Made by a program: the position numbers and the translations under genes
Shown: piece after piece, positions 26,651-36,416 of the stretch
How positions within the stretch are numbered: the first letter of the stretch is position 1
Layout of the letters: each line of letters starts with the position of its first letter
Assembly: GCA_030390025.1 (NCBI GenBank)
Contig: CM059432.1
Span: 35,838,001-35,902,000, forward strand
Source of the DNA: Squalus acanthias
Lineage: Eukaryota
DNA length: 64,000 nt
Direction: 5' to 3'
Notes under the pieces: generated by a model
Seen by the model: only the letters and a program-made list of their open reading frames with translations
The model's database searches: none
What the model was told of the DNA's origin: nothing

Positions 26651-27029
26651 TTTTAGGAACCCTGTTTATTCATCGATCAGTACCTCCTCATCACCATATA
26701 TATATAATAACACTTCATTATGTCAGGGACAGCTCAAACTGTTTTGGGTGGAAAGAATTCTGCCTGACGTCTCTTAATTACTCGCAACTAACTGATTTTT
26801 CTAGGAAAATGGGCAAAGCCTGAACCCAGAAGGGTAGTGACCAGCCAACTTCAGGGGGCTTTACAATTAACCACATGCTTAGGAGTCACATGTAGGCTAG
26901 ACTCGGTACAGGGCTGGCAGGTTAGGTTTTCCTGGTGCCAGTCCATATTTTACCAGATTTATTTAATTCAATTTCACAATTTGCTCTGGTGGGATTTGAA
27001 CTCCAGTACCATAACTACTAGGCTACCGT

Positions 27030-27550
27030 ACATAGGAACAGTAGTAGGCCATTCAGCCCTTGAGCCTGTTCTGCCATTCAATTAGATCCTAGCTGATCTG
27101 TACCTCAACCCGACTTACCTGCCTTTGCTGCATATCCTTACTTAACAAAAATCTATCGATCTCAGTCTTAGAAATTGACTCAGCATCAACAGCCTTTTGG
27201 GGCAGAGTTTCAGATTTGTATTTCCTTTTGTGTAAAAAAAAAGTACGTCCTGATTTTACTCCTAAATGGCCGAGCTCTAATTTTAACATTTTCTGGATTC
27301 CCCTGCCAGAGGAAATAGTTTCTCTCTATCCACCCTATCAAATCCTTTTATCATTTTAAACACCTCGATCAGCTCACCCCTCAACCTTCTAAACTCAAGT
27401 TTATTTAACTTGTCCTCATAATTTAACCCTTTAAGCCCTGGTATCATTCTGGTAAATCTGCACTGTACCCTCCAATATATCCTTCCTGAGATTCGTGCCC
27501 AAAACTGAACGCACAGCTCCAGAAGGGGTCTGGCCAAGGCTCTGTACAAC
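27030..27550 (-). mobile_element. CR1 3' fragment
   Basis: YRALARPLLELCVQFW...RRLRGELIEVFK and tail on the minus strand. Confidence 0.8.
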
Positions 27551-27577
27551 TTAAGATTATGCCTCCTACTAATGTAA

Positions 27578-29030
27578 GAAAGGAGAGAGAGAGAAAACAG
27601 GGAACTACAGGCCAGTTAGCTTGACATCAGTTGTCGGGAAAATACTGGAATGCCTTATTAAGGAAGTGGTAACAGGGCACTTAGAAAATCATAATATGAT
27701 TAGGCAGAGTCAACATGGTTTTATGAAAGGGAAATCATATTTAACAAATTTATTAGAGTTTATTAGAGTTTTTTGAGGATGTAACTAGCAGGGTAGATAA
27801 AGGGGAACCAGTGGATGTAGTACATTTGGATTTCCAAAAGGAGTTCAATAAGGTGCCACATAAAAATGTTGCTACACAAGATAAGGGCTCTTGGGATTGG
27901 GGGTAATGTATTAACATGGATAAAAGATTGGTTAGCAGACAGAAAACAGAGAGTAGGGATAAATGAGTCATTTTCTGGTTGGCAGGCTGTAACTAGTGCA
28001 GTAGGTGCGTCAAGGATCAGTGCTTGGGCCTCAGCTATTTACAATCTATATTAATAACTTAGATGAAGGGACCGAGTGCAATGTCTACTAGTTTGCTGAC
28101 GATACAAAGCTAGGTGAGAAAATAAGCTGTGAGGAGGACACAAAGAGCCTGCAAAGGGATATAGATAGGTTAAATGAGTGGGCAATAAGGTGGCAGATGG
28201 AGTATAATGTGGGGAAATGTGAGGTTATTCACTTTGATAGGAAGAATAAAATAAACAAAATATTTTTTAAATGGTGAGAAATTATTAAATGTTGGTGTTC
28301 AGAGAGATTTAGGTGTCCTCGTACAGGAAACACAGAACGTTAGCATGCAAGTACAGCAAGCAATTAGGAAGGCAAATGGCATGTTGGCCTTTATTGAAAG
28401 GGGGTTGGAGTACAAGAATAAGGAAGTCTTGCTACAATTGTACAGGACTTTGGTGAGACCACACCTAGAGAACTGTGCACAGTTTTGGTCTCCTTATCTG
28501 AGGAAGGACATACTTGCCTTAGAGGCAGTGCAACAAAGGTTCACTAGATTGATCCCTGGGATGAGAGGGTTGTCCTATGAGGAGAGATCGAGTAGATTGA
28601 GCCTATACTCTCTGGAGTTTAGAAGAATGAGGTGATCTCATTGAAACATGTAAGATTCTGAGGGGGGGATTGACAGGGTAGATGCTGAGAGGTTGTTTCC
28701 CCTGGTTGGAGACGCTAGAACTAGGGGGCATAGTCTCAGGATAATGGGTCAGCCATTTAAGACTGAGATGAGGAGGAATTTCTTCACTCAGAGGGTTGTG
28801 AATCTCTGGAATTCTCTGCCCCAAAGGATGCTGAGTCGTTGAGTATATTCAAGGCTGAGATTGTTGGGCTCCAGGGGAATCGAGGGATATGGGAATTGGG
28901 CGGGAAAGTGGAGTTGAGGTCGAAGATCAGCCATTCTGAAGATTCATCTGTTCTTATGATCTTGTTGAATGGTAGAGCAGGCTCGAGGGGCCGTATGGCC
29001 TACTCATGCTCCTAATTCTTATGTTCTTAT
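27578..29030 (+). mobile_element. CR1 LINE, 5'-truncated RT to tail
   Basis: NYRPVSLTSVVGK through MQVQQAIRKANGML...LEFRRMR, ending in a (ttcttatg)n tail. Confidence 0.9.
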
Positions 29031-29077
29031 GCTAGTTGGCATGTTATTTCACTGGATGATTTGCTTCATTCCTCCAG

Positions 29078-29191
29078 CAAAATTACACCAAAGCCATGGC
29101 TCAGCCCCAACCGGTAACCATAAGGAAGAAGCCAGGAATGGTCACCCCAGCCATCAAGAACAAACCGCCCTCCATCTTCAGTATCACCTAA
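29078..29191 (+). CDS. KIF9: KIF9 terminal coding exon
   Basis: cattcctccag|caa aat tac...acc taa. Encodes QNYTKAMAQPQPVTIRKKPGMVTPAIKNKPPSIFSIT*; the start resembles human 'HNYLKTMMGLQ'. Phase 0. Confidence 0.85.
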   Translation, partial: QNYTKAMAQPQPVTIRKKPGMVTPAIKNKPPSIFSIT

Positions 29192-29416
29192 TGACTGAGT
29201 TACCGTGAAGGAAAGGAGAGCCCAAAGGAACCCACCAGGTCTTCTGTGTGAAGAGTGAATACTGTTCAATTACATTTTTTTAAAAATCTCAAATCACTGG
29301 CAACGAGAGAATCGCCAAGAAGATCGCGCATATCGACACCGACATCACACCGGCATCTCCGCATCATAACAAATTCAAGGCCAGCACCCCCTAAAAACAA
29401 GTTTTGTACAAAGTTA

Positions 29417-29422
29417 AATAAA
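29417..29422 (+). terminator. Putative KIF9 polyadenylation signal AATAAA
   Basis: AATAAA ~225 nt after the stop, followed ~20 nt later by GT-rich 'gagttgtgtttcg'. Confidence 0.6.
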
Positions 29423-29470
29423 TCAGCCAAGATCACGAGTTGTGTTTCGCTACACGCAAGTATGCTTAGT

Positions 29471-29476
29471 TTTATT
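29471..29476 (-). terminator. Putative polyadenylation signal of the minus-strand tubulin gene
   Basis: tttatt on + is AATAAA on -. It is the first canonical hexamer I could find downstream of the tubulin stop. Confidence 0.35.
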
Positions 29477-29517
29477 ATAAAACCGTTGCACTGGCTAGTG
29501 GTATTGAGCCACACAGA

Positions 29518-30117
29518 TGGGATTCAATCCGCAACCTGTATTGAGTTACCTGATCTCAGCCTATGATTCAGGGTTCAATCCCCAGCCTGTGCTGAGTTAG
29601 TGGATCTCAGTACAGGCTGGGGATTGAACCCTGGATCATAGGCTGAGATCCACTAACTCAGCACAGACTGGGGATTGAACCCTGGATCATAGGCTGAGAT
29701 CCACTAACTCAGCACAGGCTGGGGATTGAACCCTGGATCATAGGCTGAGATCCACTAACTCAGCACAGGCTGGGGATTGAACCCTGGATCATAGGCTGAG
29801 ATCCACTAACTCAGCACAGGCTGGGGATTGAACCCTGGATCATAGGCTGAGATCAGGTAACTCAGTACAGGCTGGGGATTGAACCCTGGATCATAGGCTG
29901 AGATCAGGTAACTCAGTACAGGCTGGGGATTGAACCCTGGATCATAGGCTGAGTTACCTGATCTCAACCTATGATTCAGGGTTCAATCCCCAGCCTGTAT
30001 TGAGTTACCTGATCTCAGCCTATGATTCAGGGTTCAATCTCCAGCCTGTATTGAGTTAGTGGATCTCAGCCTATGATCCAGGGTTCAATCCCCAGCCTGT
30101 GCTGAGTTAGTGGATTT
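29518..30117. repeat. 51-bp SINE-derived minisatellite with an internal inverted block
   Basis: Unit ggctggggattgaaccctggatcataggctgagatccactaactcagcaca (~6.7 copies, 29611-29953), flanked on both sides by reverse-complement units. Confidence 0.95.
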
Positions 30118-30691
30118 CTGGACAGTGATCAGGATCAGGAGCACTGGCTGTTATTTCAACTTCCCAGCCCACCTACACTCAGGCCACTTGGGGCACTCTT
30201 ATCACCGCAGCAGCAGATTGACCATTAAACATGGGACCTTCCTGATCTGCCCATCAGACAGTGTCCATTTACACACTGAACCACCAAAGCACTGCAGTTA
30301 GCACTTTTTATATTAAAAAATGGGGCTGGGGGTGAATGTTGTGTAAATGATGCCAAGGAATGTAATCTTAGGCACCCAGTGTCAGCATCCAACACTCCCA
30401 GGGCAGGTACAGCATAGCTAGAGACAGAGCAAAACTTCTACTCCCAACACTGTGTCTCACCCACAACCTCAGAATGCACGAGTGTTACATTTCTCCGTTT
30501 CCCATACCAGCGACCTGAGTGTCAGATTCGGGCCGTTCAAGGAACTGGACTGTGGCTGCCCAAATTTAAAACCAGGAGCATGAGCTGGATTATAACCCAC
30601 GTCCTAGAGGTGAAAAACCAGCAACCAGTCCCCCGCCACCCCACACATCTGCACTTATTAATGACGTATGTAAATCAGTGAGATGGCAAGG

Positions 30692-30927
30692 TCAGTGATC
30701 TCCTGCCGCACTGTAATCATTCACCACAGAGTCCAGGATGTCGAAGGCCTGCAAGAAGTCTCCCTCTTCATAGCCGTGCTTCCAGTATCAGTGGAGATAG
30801 GCATAGGCATCGTACATGGTCCGAGCCTTCTCCAGGACACGCTGCATGTAGTCCGACACACTGCTGTGGTTGTCGCAAATAGTCAGCGACCGGCTGGGTG
30901 AGGTCAGGTCAACGATATTCCAAGGAT
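30692..30927 (-). pseudogene. TUBZ1: Zeta-tubulin-like gene, terminal exon with in-frame TGA
   Basis: ctaag|at. Encodes DPWNIVDLTSPSRSLTICDNHSSVSDYMQRVLEKARTMYDAYAYLH*YWKHGYEEGDFLQAFDILDSVVNDYSAAGDH*, the tubulin C-terminal helices (AYLHWY..G.E..F..A...L). Premature TGA at 30788-30790. Confidence 0.85.
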
Positions 30928-32098
30928 CTTAGCTGAGGGAGAAAAATCACAGATTTCAGAAATCCAGTGTACGTAATCTTTAAATTCCTCCACGAATGAG
31001 GAATATTTTAAAACTGATAAAGTGGGAAACCACAGAATAAGAAAAGGTCACTCCTCCCACATTCCCTGTACAATCTCCTCTATTGTGGGCTCTACCCACC
31101 CATTTAATGTCTTCCCACAGACCCTGTTCACTCTCTCCTATCAGGGACTTTACCCACCCATTTAATCTCCTCCCACTGGCCCTGTGTACTCTATCCCAGA
31201 ATATTCATTCATCCTCACAACTCCACTATTTGACCCTGGCCTACTGCCCTCCACAGACAGCTAATCTCGAACCTTCATCCTACTCTCAAACAAATATTTA
31301 CTTAGCTCCTACGAGTTAATCCGCCTGTCAACTCATTTTAAATTAAAGACCAAAAATGCTAATAATACCCAGTGGGTGTGTCAGCATCTGAAAAGGGAAA
31401 CTATGGGTTAGTAATTCAGGTGTCATCTCTTCCCAGCACCATAAAGAGTCATTTCTCTCGCCAGATGCTGACAGATCCATTGTGTACTTCCTGCAAGTCC
31501 CAGAATTTGGGTGCTTTTTTAAAAATTCCTTCTCCTGCTATCCCTTCTCAGATCCATCAATTCCTATTTTTGGGAAGTTAATTTGAGCTTTGTTCCTATA
31601 CCAACGGCTTGCGTGTCAGTGAGGATGCCACAGCCCCACAGAGAACAGCATCACGTTAATCGCCATTGCGCAGATTCCTAAATGATCTTTGATTTCCAGT
31701 ATTGTCCCTGAATCTTCCTGATTGTCCTGAGCCTGATTCAGTGAGCTTCCCAATCTCCTCCCTCAGGATTAAAGCTCACTGCAATAGAGGGTTCCTGCTC
31801 CTGGTTCACCACTCAATCACCCTTTCCGGAAAGTGCACCGCGAGGACGGGATCGGACTCCGCTCCGACGCCCTCCAAGGTTAAACGGCCTACCAATGGTC
31901 GCTATGTATGATCACATGTGAAGAGAGGTCCTTGGAAGAAGGTACAGGAGAGTAAACAGCTCTCGTGGACTCGCACCTCAGCGGCTGTCAGCACTTCCAG
32001 GAGAGGAGGCAAGAAAAGCAGGGGGGGCTAAAATACGCGTTTTAAAACTGGTTCAGACCAACATCAACGGATAATGCTTTGAGCCTATACGCAATCGT

Positions 32099-33005
32099 GG
32101 GGTCGATTTTAAACCCGCGGGTTTCAGGCAGGCGGGTCAGATCGGGTCCAATACGCACTTGCTGGCCTAAGTTTGACACCCGGCTTTTTAACCCCCGGGT
32201 CTCATTTGCACACCACCAGTCAGCTGCCCTTCCGAAATGGGTGGAAAGCGACTGCTGACCAGCGGGCAGGAGAGGATGTTTGGCGGGCTGGAGGAAAGCC
32301 CGCCAGCAAGCTGGTAAGTCGCAGGGAGGGAGTTTTGGGAGGGTCTTGCAGGAGGGAAGATGATTCTGGGGCAGCGGTGGTGGCAAATTGCAGGGCCCAG
32401 AGGAGCACTCCGGGCCCCACAAAGGAGATTTTCATTTACCTTGAAGTGCCTTTTCGTCCTTCCCGATAGCTGCCATAGACGGACACAGCACAGAAGGAGG
32501 CCATTCGGCCCATTGTGCCTGTGCCGCCTCTTTGAAAGAGCTATCCAATTAGTTCCACTCCTCCGCTCTTTCCCCATAGCCCTGCAAAGTTTTCCTTTTC
32601 AAGTATTTATCCAATTCACTTTTGAAAGTTATTCGTGAATCTGCTTACACCACCCTTTCATGTAATTCCAAATCATAACTCGCTGTGCAAAATAAATCTC
32701 ATCTCCCCTCTGTTTCTTTTGCCAATTTTTGCCGAACTGCCTTTATCTCTTGGGAAAGCCATGGCCGCTTCCCATCTCGGGCCCGGTGCAAATGCAATCG
32801 AGGCCCCACTGGCGTAATAGGACCCCGATTTGCAGAAATTAATGAGGCAGATGCCACAGCCACTGAACCTATAGTGAACAATTACAATGGTGGACCGTGT
32901 GATTACTGCTGGAATATGGTGGTAAGCCACAATGCTCCATTTTAAAGCCCTTCCCCCACCTCGATCCCACAGAGAGGAGGGCGGGTTTGGGTGAAAATCA
33001 ACCCC
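32099..33005. mobile_element. Harbinger-like MITE interrupted by a CR1 tail (~32475-32730)
   Basis: Terminal inverted repeats ggggtcgatttt / aaaatcaacccc; flanks cgt / cat (3-bp TSD with one transition). Confidence 0.65.
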
Positions 33006-33381
33006 CATATCTCGGACCTGTGTTCAAGCTATGGATGCTGGGTCAATTGAAATTTTCAAAACTGAGATCTATAAATTTTCATTAGATAAGGGTATCAAGT
33101 GATATGGGGCAAAGGCGAGTAAATTGAGTTGAGGTACAGATCAGCCATGAATGGCAGAACAGGATTGGAGGGCTGAATGGCCTGCTCCTGTTCCTATGTT
33201 CTTACAGTGCCGGGGGTGCAATAACCTCTAACAGCAGCAGAGGGCAGCATCTCCCCTGATGCCCACTCTAGTTACCAGTTCCCCCCTTCCTCTTCTAAAT
33301 GATTCTTGGGGTACTCTCCCAGGGGTACCAGCAGCCCACTGATCGCACCCAAGTAAGTACTCACCATACATGGGCATCGTG

Positions 33382-35872
33382 TTGGAAGAAGCATTGAGAG
33401 TAGCAAGGGCACAGAATGTACTCTGGGTGGGGGACTTCAATGTCCATCACCAAGAGTGGCTCGGTAGCACCAGTACTGACCGAGCTGGCCGAGTCCTGAA
33501 GGACATAGCTGCCAGTTTGGGCCTGCGACAGGTGGTGAGAGAACGAACACGAGGGAAAAACCTACTTGACCTCGTCCTCACCAATCTACTTGTCGCAGAT
33601 GCAGCTGTCCATGACAGTATTGGTAGCAGTGACCATCGCACAGTCATTGTGGAGATGAAGTCCCGTCTTCACACTGAGGACACCCTCCATCGTGTTGTGT
33701 GGCACTACCATTGTGCTAAATGGGATAGATTCAGAACAGATCTAGCAGCTCAAAACTGGGCATCCATGAGGCGCTGTGGGCCATCAGCAGCAGCAGAATT
33801 GTATTCCACCACAATCTGTAACCTCATGGCCCAGCATATCCCTCACTCTACCATTACCATCAAGCCAGGGGACCAACCCTGGTTCAATAAGGAGTGTAGA
33901 AGAGCATGCCAGGAGCAGTACCAGGCGTACCTAAAAATGAGGTGCCAACCTGGGGAAGCTGCAACACAGGACTACATGCGGAAGCAGCATGCTATAGACA
34001 GGGCTAAGCGTTCCCACAATCAACAGATCAGATCAAAGCTCTGCAGTCCTGCCACATCCAGTCGTGAATGGTGCTGGACCATTAAACAACTAACGGGAGG
34101 TGAAGGCTCCATGAATATCCCCATCCTCAGTGATGGTGGAGCCCAGCACGTGAGTGCAAAAGACAAGGCTGAAGCGTTTGCAACCATCTTCAGCCAGAAG
34201 GGCCGAGTGGATGATCCATATCGGCCTCCTCCTGCGGTCCCCACCATCACAGAAGCCATTCTTCAGCCAATTCGATTCACTCCACGTGAATCAAGAAACG
34301 GCTGAGCGCACTGGATACAGCAAAGGCTATGGGCCCTGACAACATCCCGGCTATCGTGCTGAAGACTTGTACTCCAGAACTAGCTGCGCCTCTAGCCAAG
34401 CTGTTCCAGTACTACAACACTGGCATCTATCCGACAATGTGGAAAACTGCCCAGGTGTGTCCTGTCCACAAGAAACAGGACAAATCCAATCCAGCCAATT
34501 ACCGCCCCATCAGTCTACTCTCAATCATCAGCAAAGTGATGGAAGGTGTCATCGACACTGCTATCAAGCGGCTCTTACTCACCAATAACCTGCTCACTGA
34601 TGCCCAGTTTGGGTTCCGCCAAGACCACTCGGCTCCCGACCTCATTACAGCCTTGGTCCAAACATGGACAAAGGAGCTGAATTCCAGAGGTGAGGTGAGA
34701 GTGACTGCCCTTGACATCAAGGCAGCATTTGACCGAGTGTGGCATCAAGGAGCCCTAGTAAAACTGAAGTCAATGGGAATCGGGGGGGAAAGCTCTCCAC
34801 TGGCTGGAGTCATACCTAGCACAAAGGAAGATGGTTGTGGTGATTGAAGGTCAATCATCACAGCCCCAGGACATCGCTGCAGGAGTTCCTCAGGGCAGTG
34901 TCCTAGGCCCAACCATCTTCAGCTGCTTCATCAATGACCTTCCCTCCAACATAAGGTCAGAAATGGGGATGTTCGCTGATAACTGCACAGTGTTCAGTGC
35001 CATTCACAACTCCTCAGATAATGAAGCAGTCCATGCCCGCATGCAACAAGACCTGGCGACATTCAGGCTTGGGCTGATAAGTGGCAGGTAACATTCGCGC
35101 CACAGAAGTGCCAGGCAATGACTATCTCCAACAAGCGAGAGTCTAAACACCGCCCCCTGACATTCAATGGCATTACCATCACTGAATCCCCCACCATCAA
35201 TATCCTGGGGGTCACCATTGATCAGAAACTTTACTGGACCAGCCACATAAATACTGTGGCAACAAGAGCAGTTCAGAGGCTAGGTATTCTGCGGCAAGTG
35301 TTGCACCTCCTGACTCCCCAAAGCCTTTCTACATCTACAAGGCACAAGTTAGGAGTGTGATGGAATACTCTCCACTTGCCTGGATGAGTGCAGCTCCAAC
35401 AACACTCAAGAAGCTCGACACCATCCAGGACAAAGCAGCCAGCTTGATTGGCACCCCCTCTACCACCTTAAACATTCACTCCCTCCACCACCGGCGTACC
35501 GTGGCTGCAGTGTGTACCATCTACAAGATGCACTGCAGCAATCGCCAAGGCTTCTTCGGCAGCACCTCCCAATCCCACGACCTCTTCCACCTAGAAGGAC
35601 AAGGGCAGCAGAGGCATGGGAACACCACCACCTCCAAGTTCCCCTCCAAGTCACGCATCATCCTGACTTAGAAGTATATTGCCGTTCCTTCACTGTCGCT
35701 GGGTCAAAATCCTGGAACTCCCTCCCTAACAGCGCTGTGGGAGTACCTTCACCACACGGACTGCAGCGGTTCAAGAAGGCAGCTCACCACCACCTTTTCA
35801 AGGGCAACTAGGAATGGGCAATAAATGCTGGCCTTGCCAGCGACGCCCACATCCCATAAACGAATAAAAAAA
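33382..35872 (+). mobile_element. RTEX-like LINE, 5'-truncated
   Basis: Highly similar to 11242-15412 without the CR1 insert; APE-RT ORFs at 33370-35811; A-rich tail. Confidence 0.9.
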
Positions 35873-36173
35873 GAGACTATTCCATCTTGGAGAGGAGAGG
35901 CAGCTGGACCTTATCTACACACTTCCAAGCATGAGTCATTCTGCTGAAGCAGGGGTGGGAAGTCTGGCTGATATTTCCTCCACCCCTTCTGGAGGGGAAC
36001 TAAGACCCATTCTGACGCCCTACTGCTGCTCAGCTGAGAACAACTGAGAATCGACCCCGGCATCTTCTGGTCTGTATGGCTCAGCACCATGTCGTGTACC
36101 ACACTTACCTACTGAGTATCTACCTACCGAGATGGATTGTTCCTGTGGAATTTCCGACACTGGGATTACTGAC

Positions 36174-36315
36174 CTGTCCAGTGGTCCAGGGGATGAGTGT
36201 TCCACGAAACACATCCATATCCTTGTTTCATTTTTGACGCGATGGGCCTCAGCGAGCAACTAAACGTGTCCGCTCCATTCCCACAAGCGACAGCTAGAAC
36301 AGCCGTGCTCTGGTG
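36174..36315 (-). pseudogene. TUBZ1: Zeta-tubulin-like exon (142 bp)
   Basis: gatatcag|cac...tggacag|gtcagt. Encodes HQSTAVLAVACGNGADTFSCSLRPIASKMKQGYGCVSWNTHPLDHWT; its phase-1 end completes Asp with the terminal exon. Confidence 0.85.
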
Positions 36316-36329
36316 CTGATATCAAAGGA

Positions 36330-36338
36330 GTTAAGGGT
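36330..36338 (-). promoter_or_regulatory. U12-type branch site (ACCCTTAAC)
   Basis: CCTTAAC about 15 nt upstream of the AG at 36316-36317, with no extended pyrimidine tract. Confidence 0.8.
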
Positions 36339-36416
36339 TTCTTATCGATAATTTTTCAACCACTCCCATTTGTTTGTCAAACCTCCCGTTCCCCTTCACC
36401 AGCGGAGCTCCACCCA

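Noticed and set aside
27030..29030. Twin-priming 5' inversion of one CR1
   Set aside because: Both halves contain their own ORF2 C-terminus and tail, so they are two separate insertions.
29518..30117. CRISPR-like array
   Set aside because: Units are contiguous with no unique spacers, derive from a SINE, and the context is eukaryotic.
30788..30790. Selenocysteine or programmed readthrough at the in-frame TGA
   Set aside because: The codon aligns to Trp, not Cys. I recognised no SECIS, and two other lesions upstream already disable the gene.
33356..33381. Strong minus-strand donor (atg|gtgagtac) beside the RTEX insertion as an extra tubulin exon
   Set aside because: The exons at 36174 and 30927 already join in frame and collinearly (HWT-D-PWN), and the sequence here is not tubulin-like.
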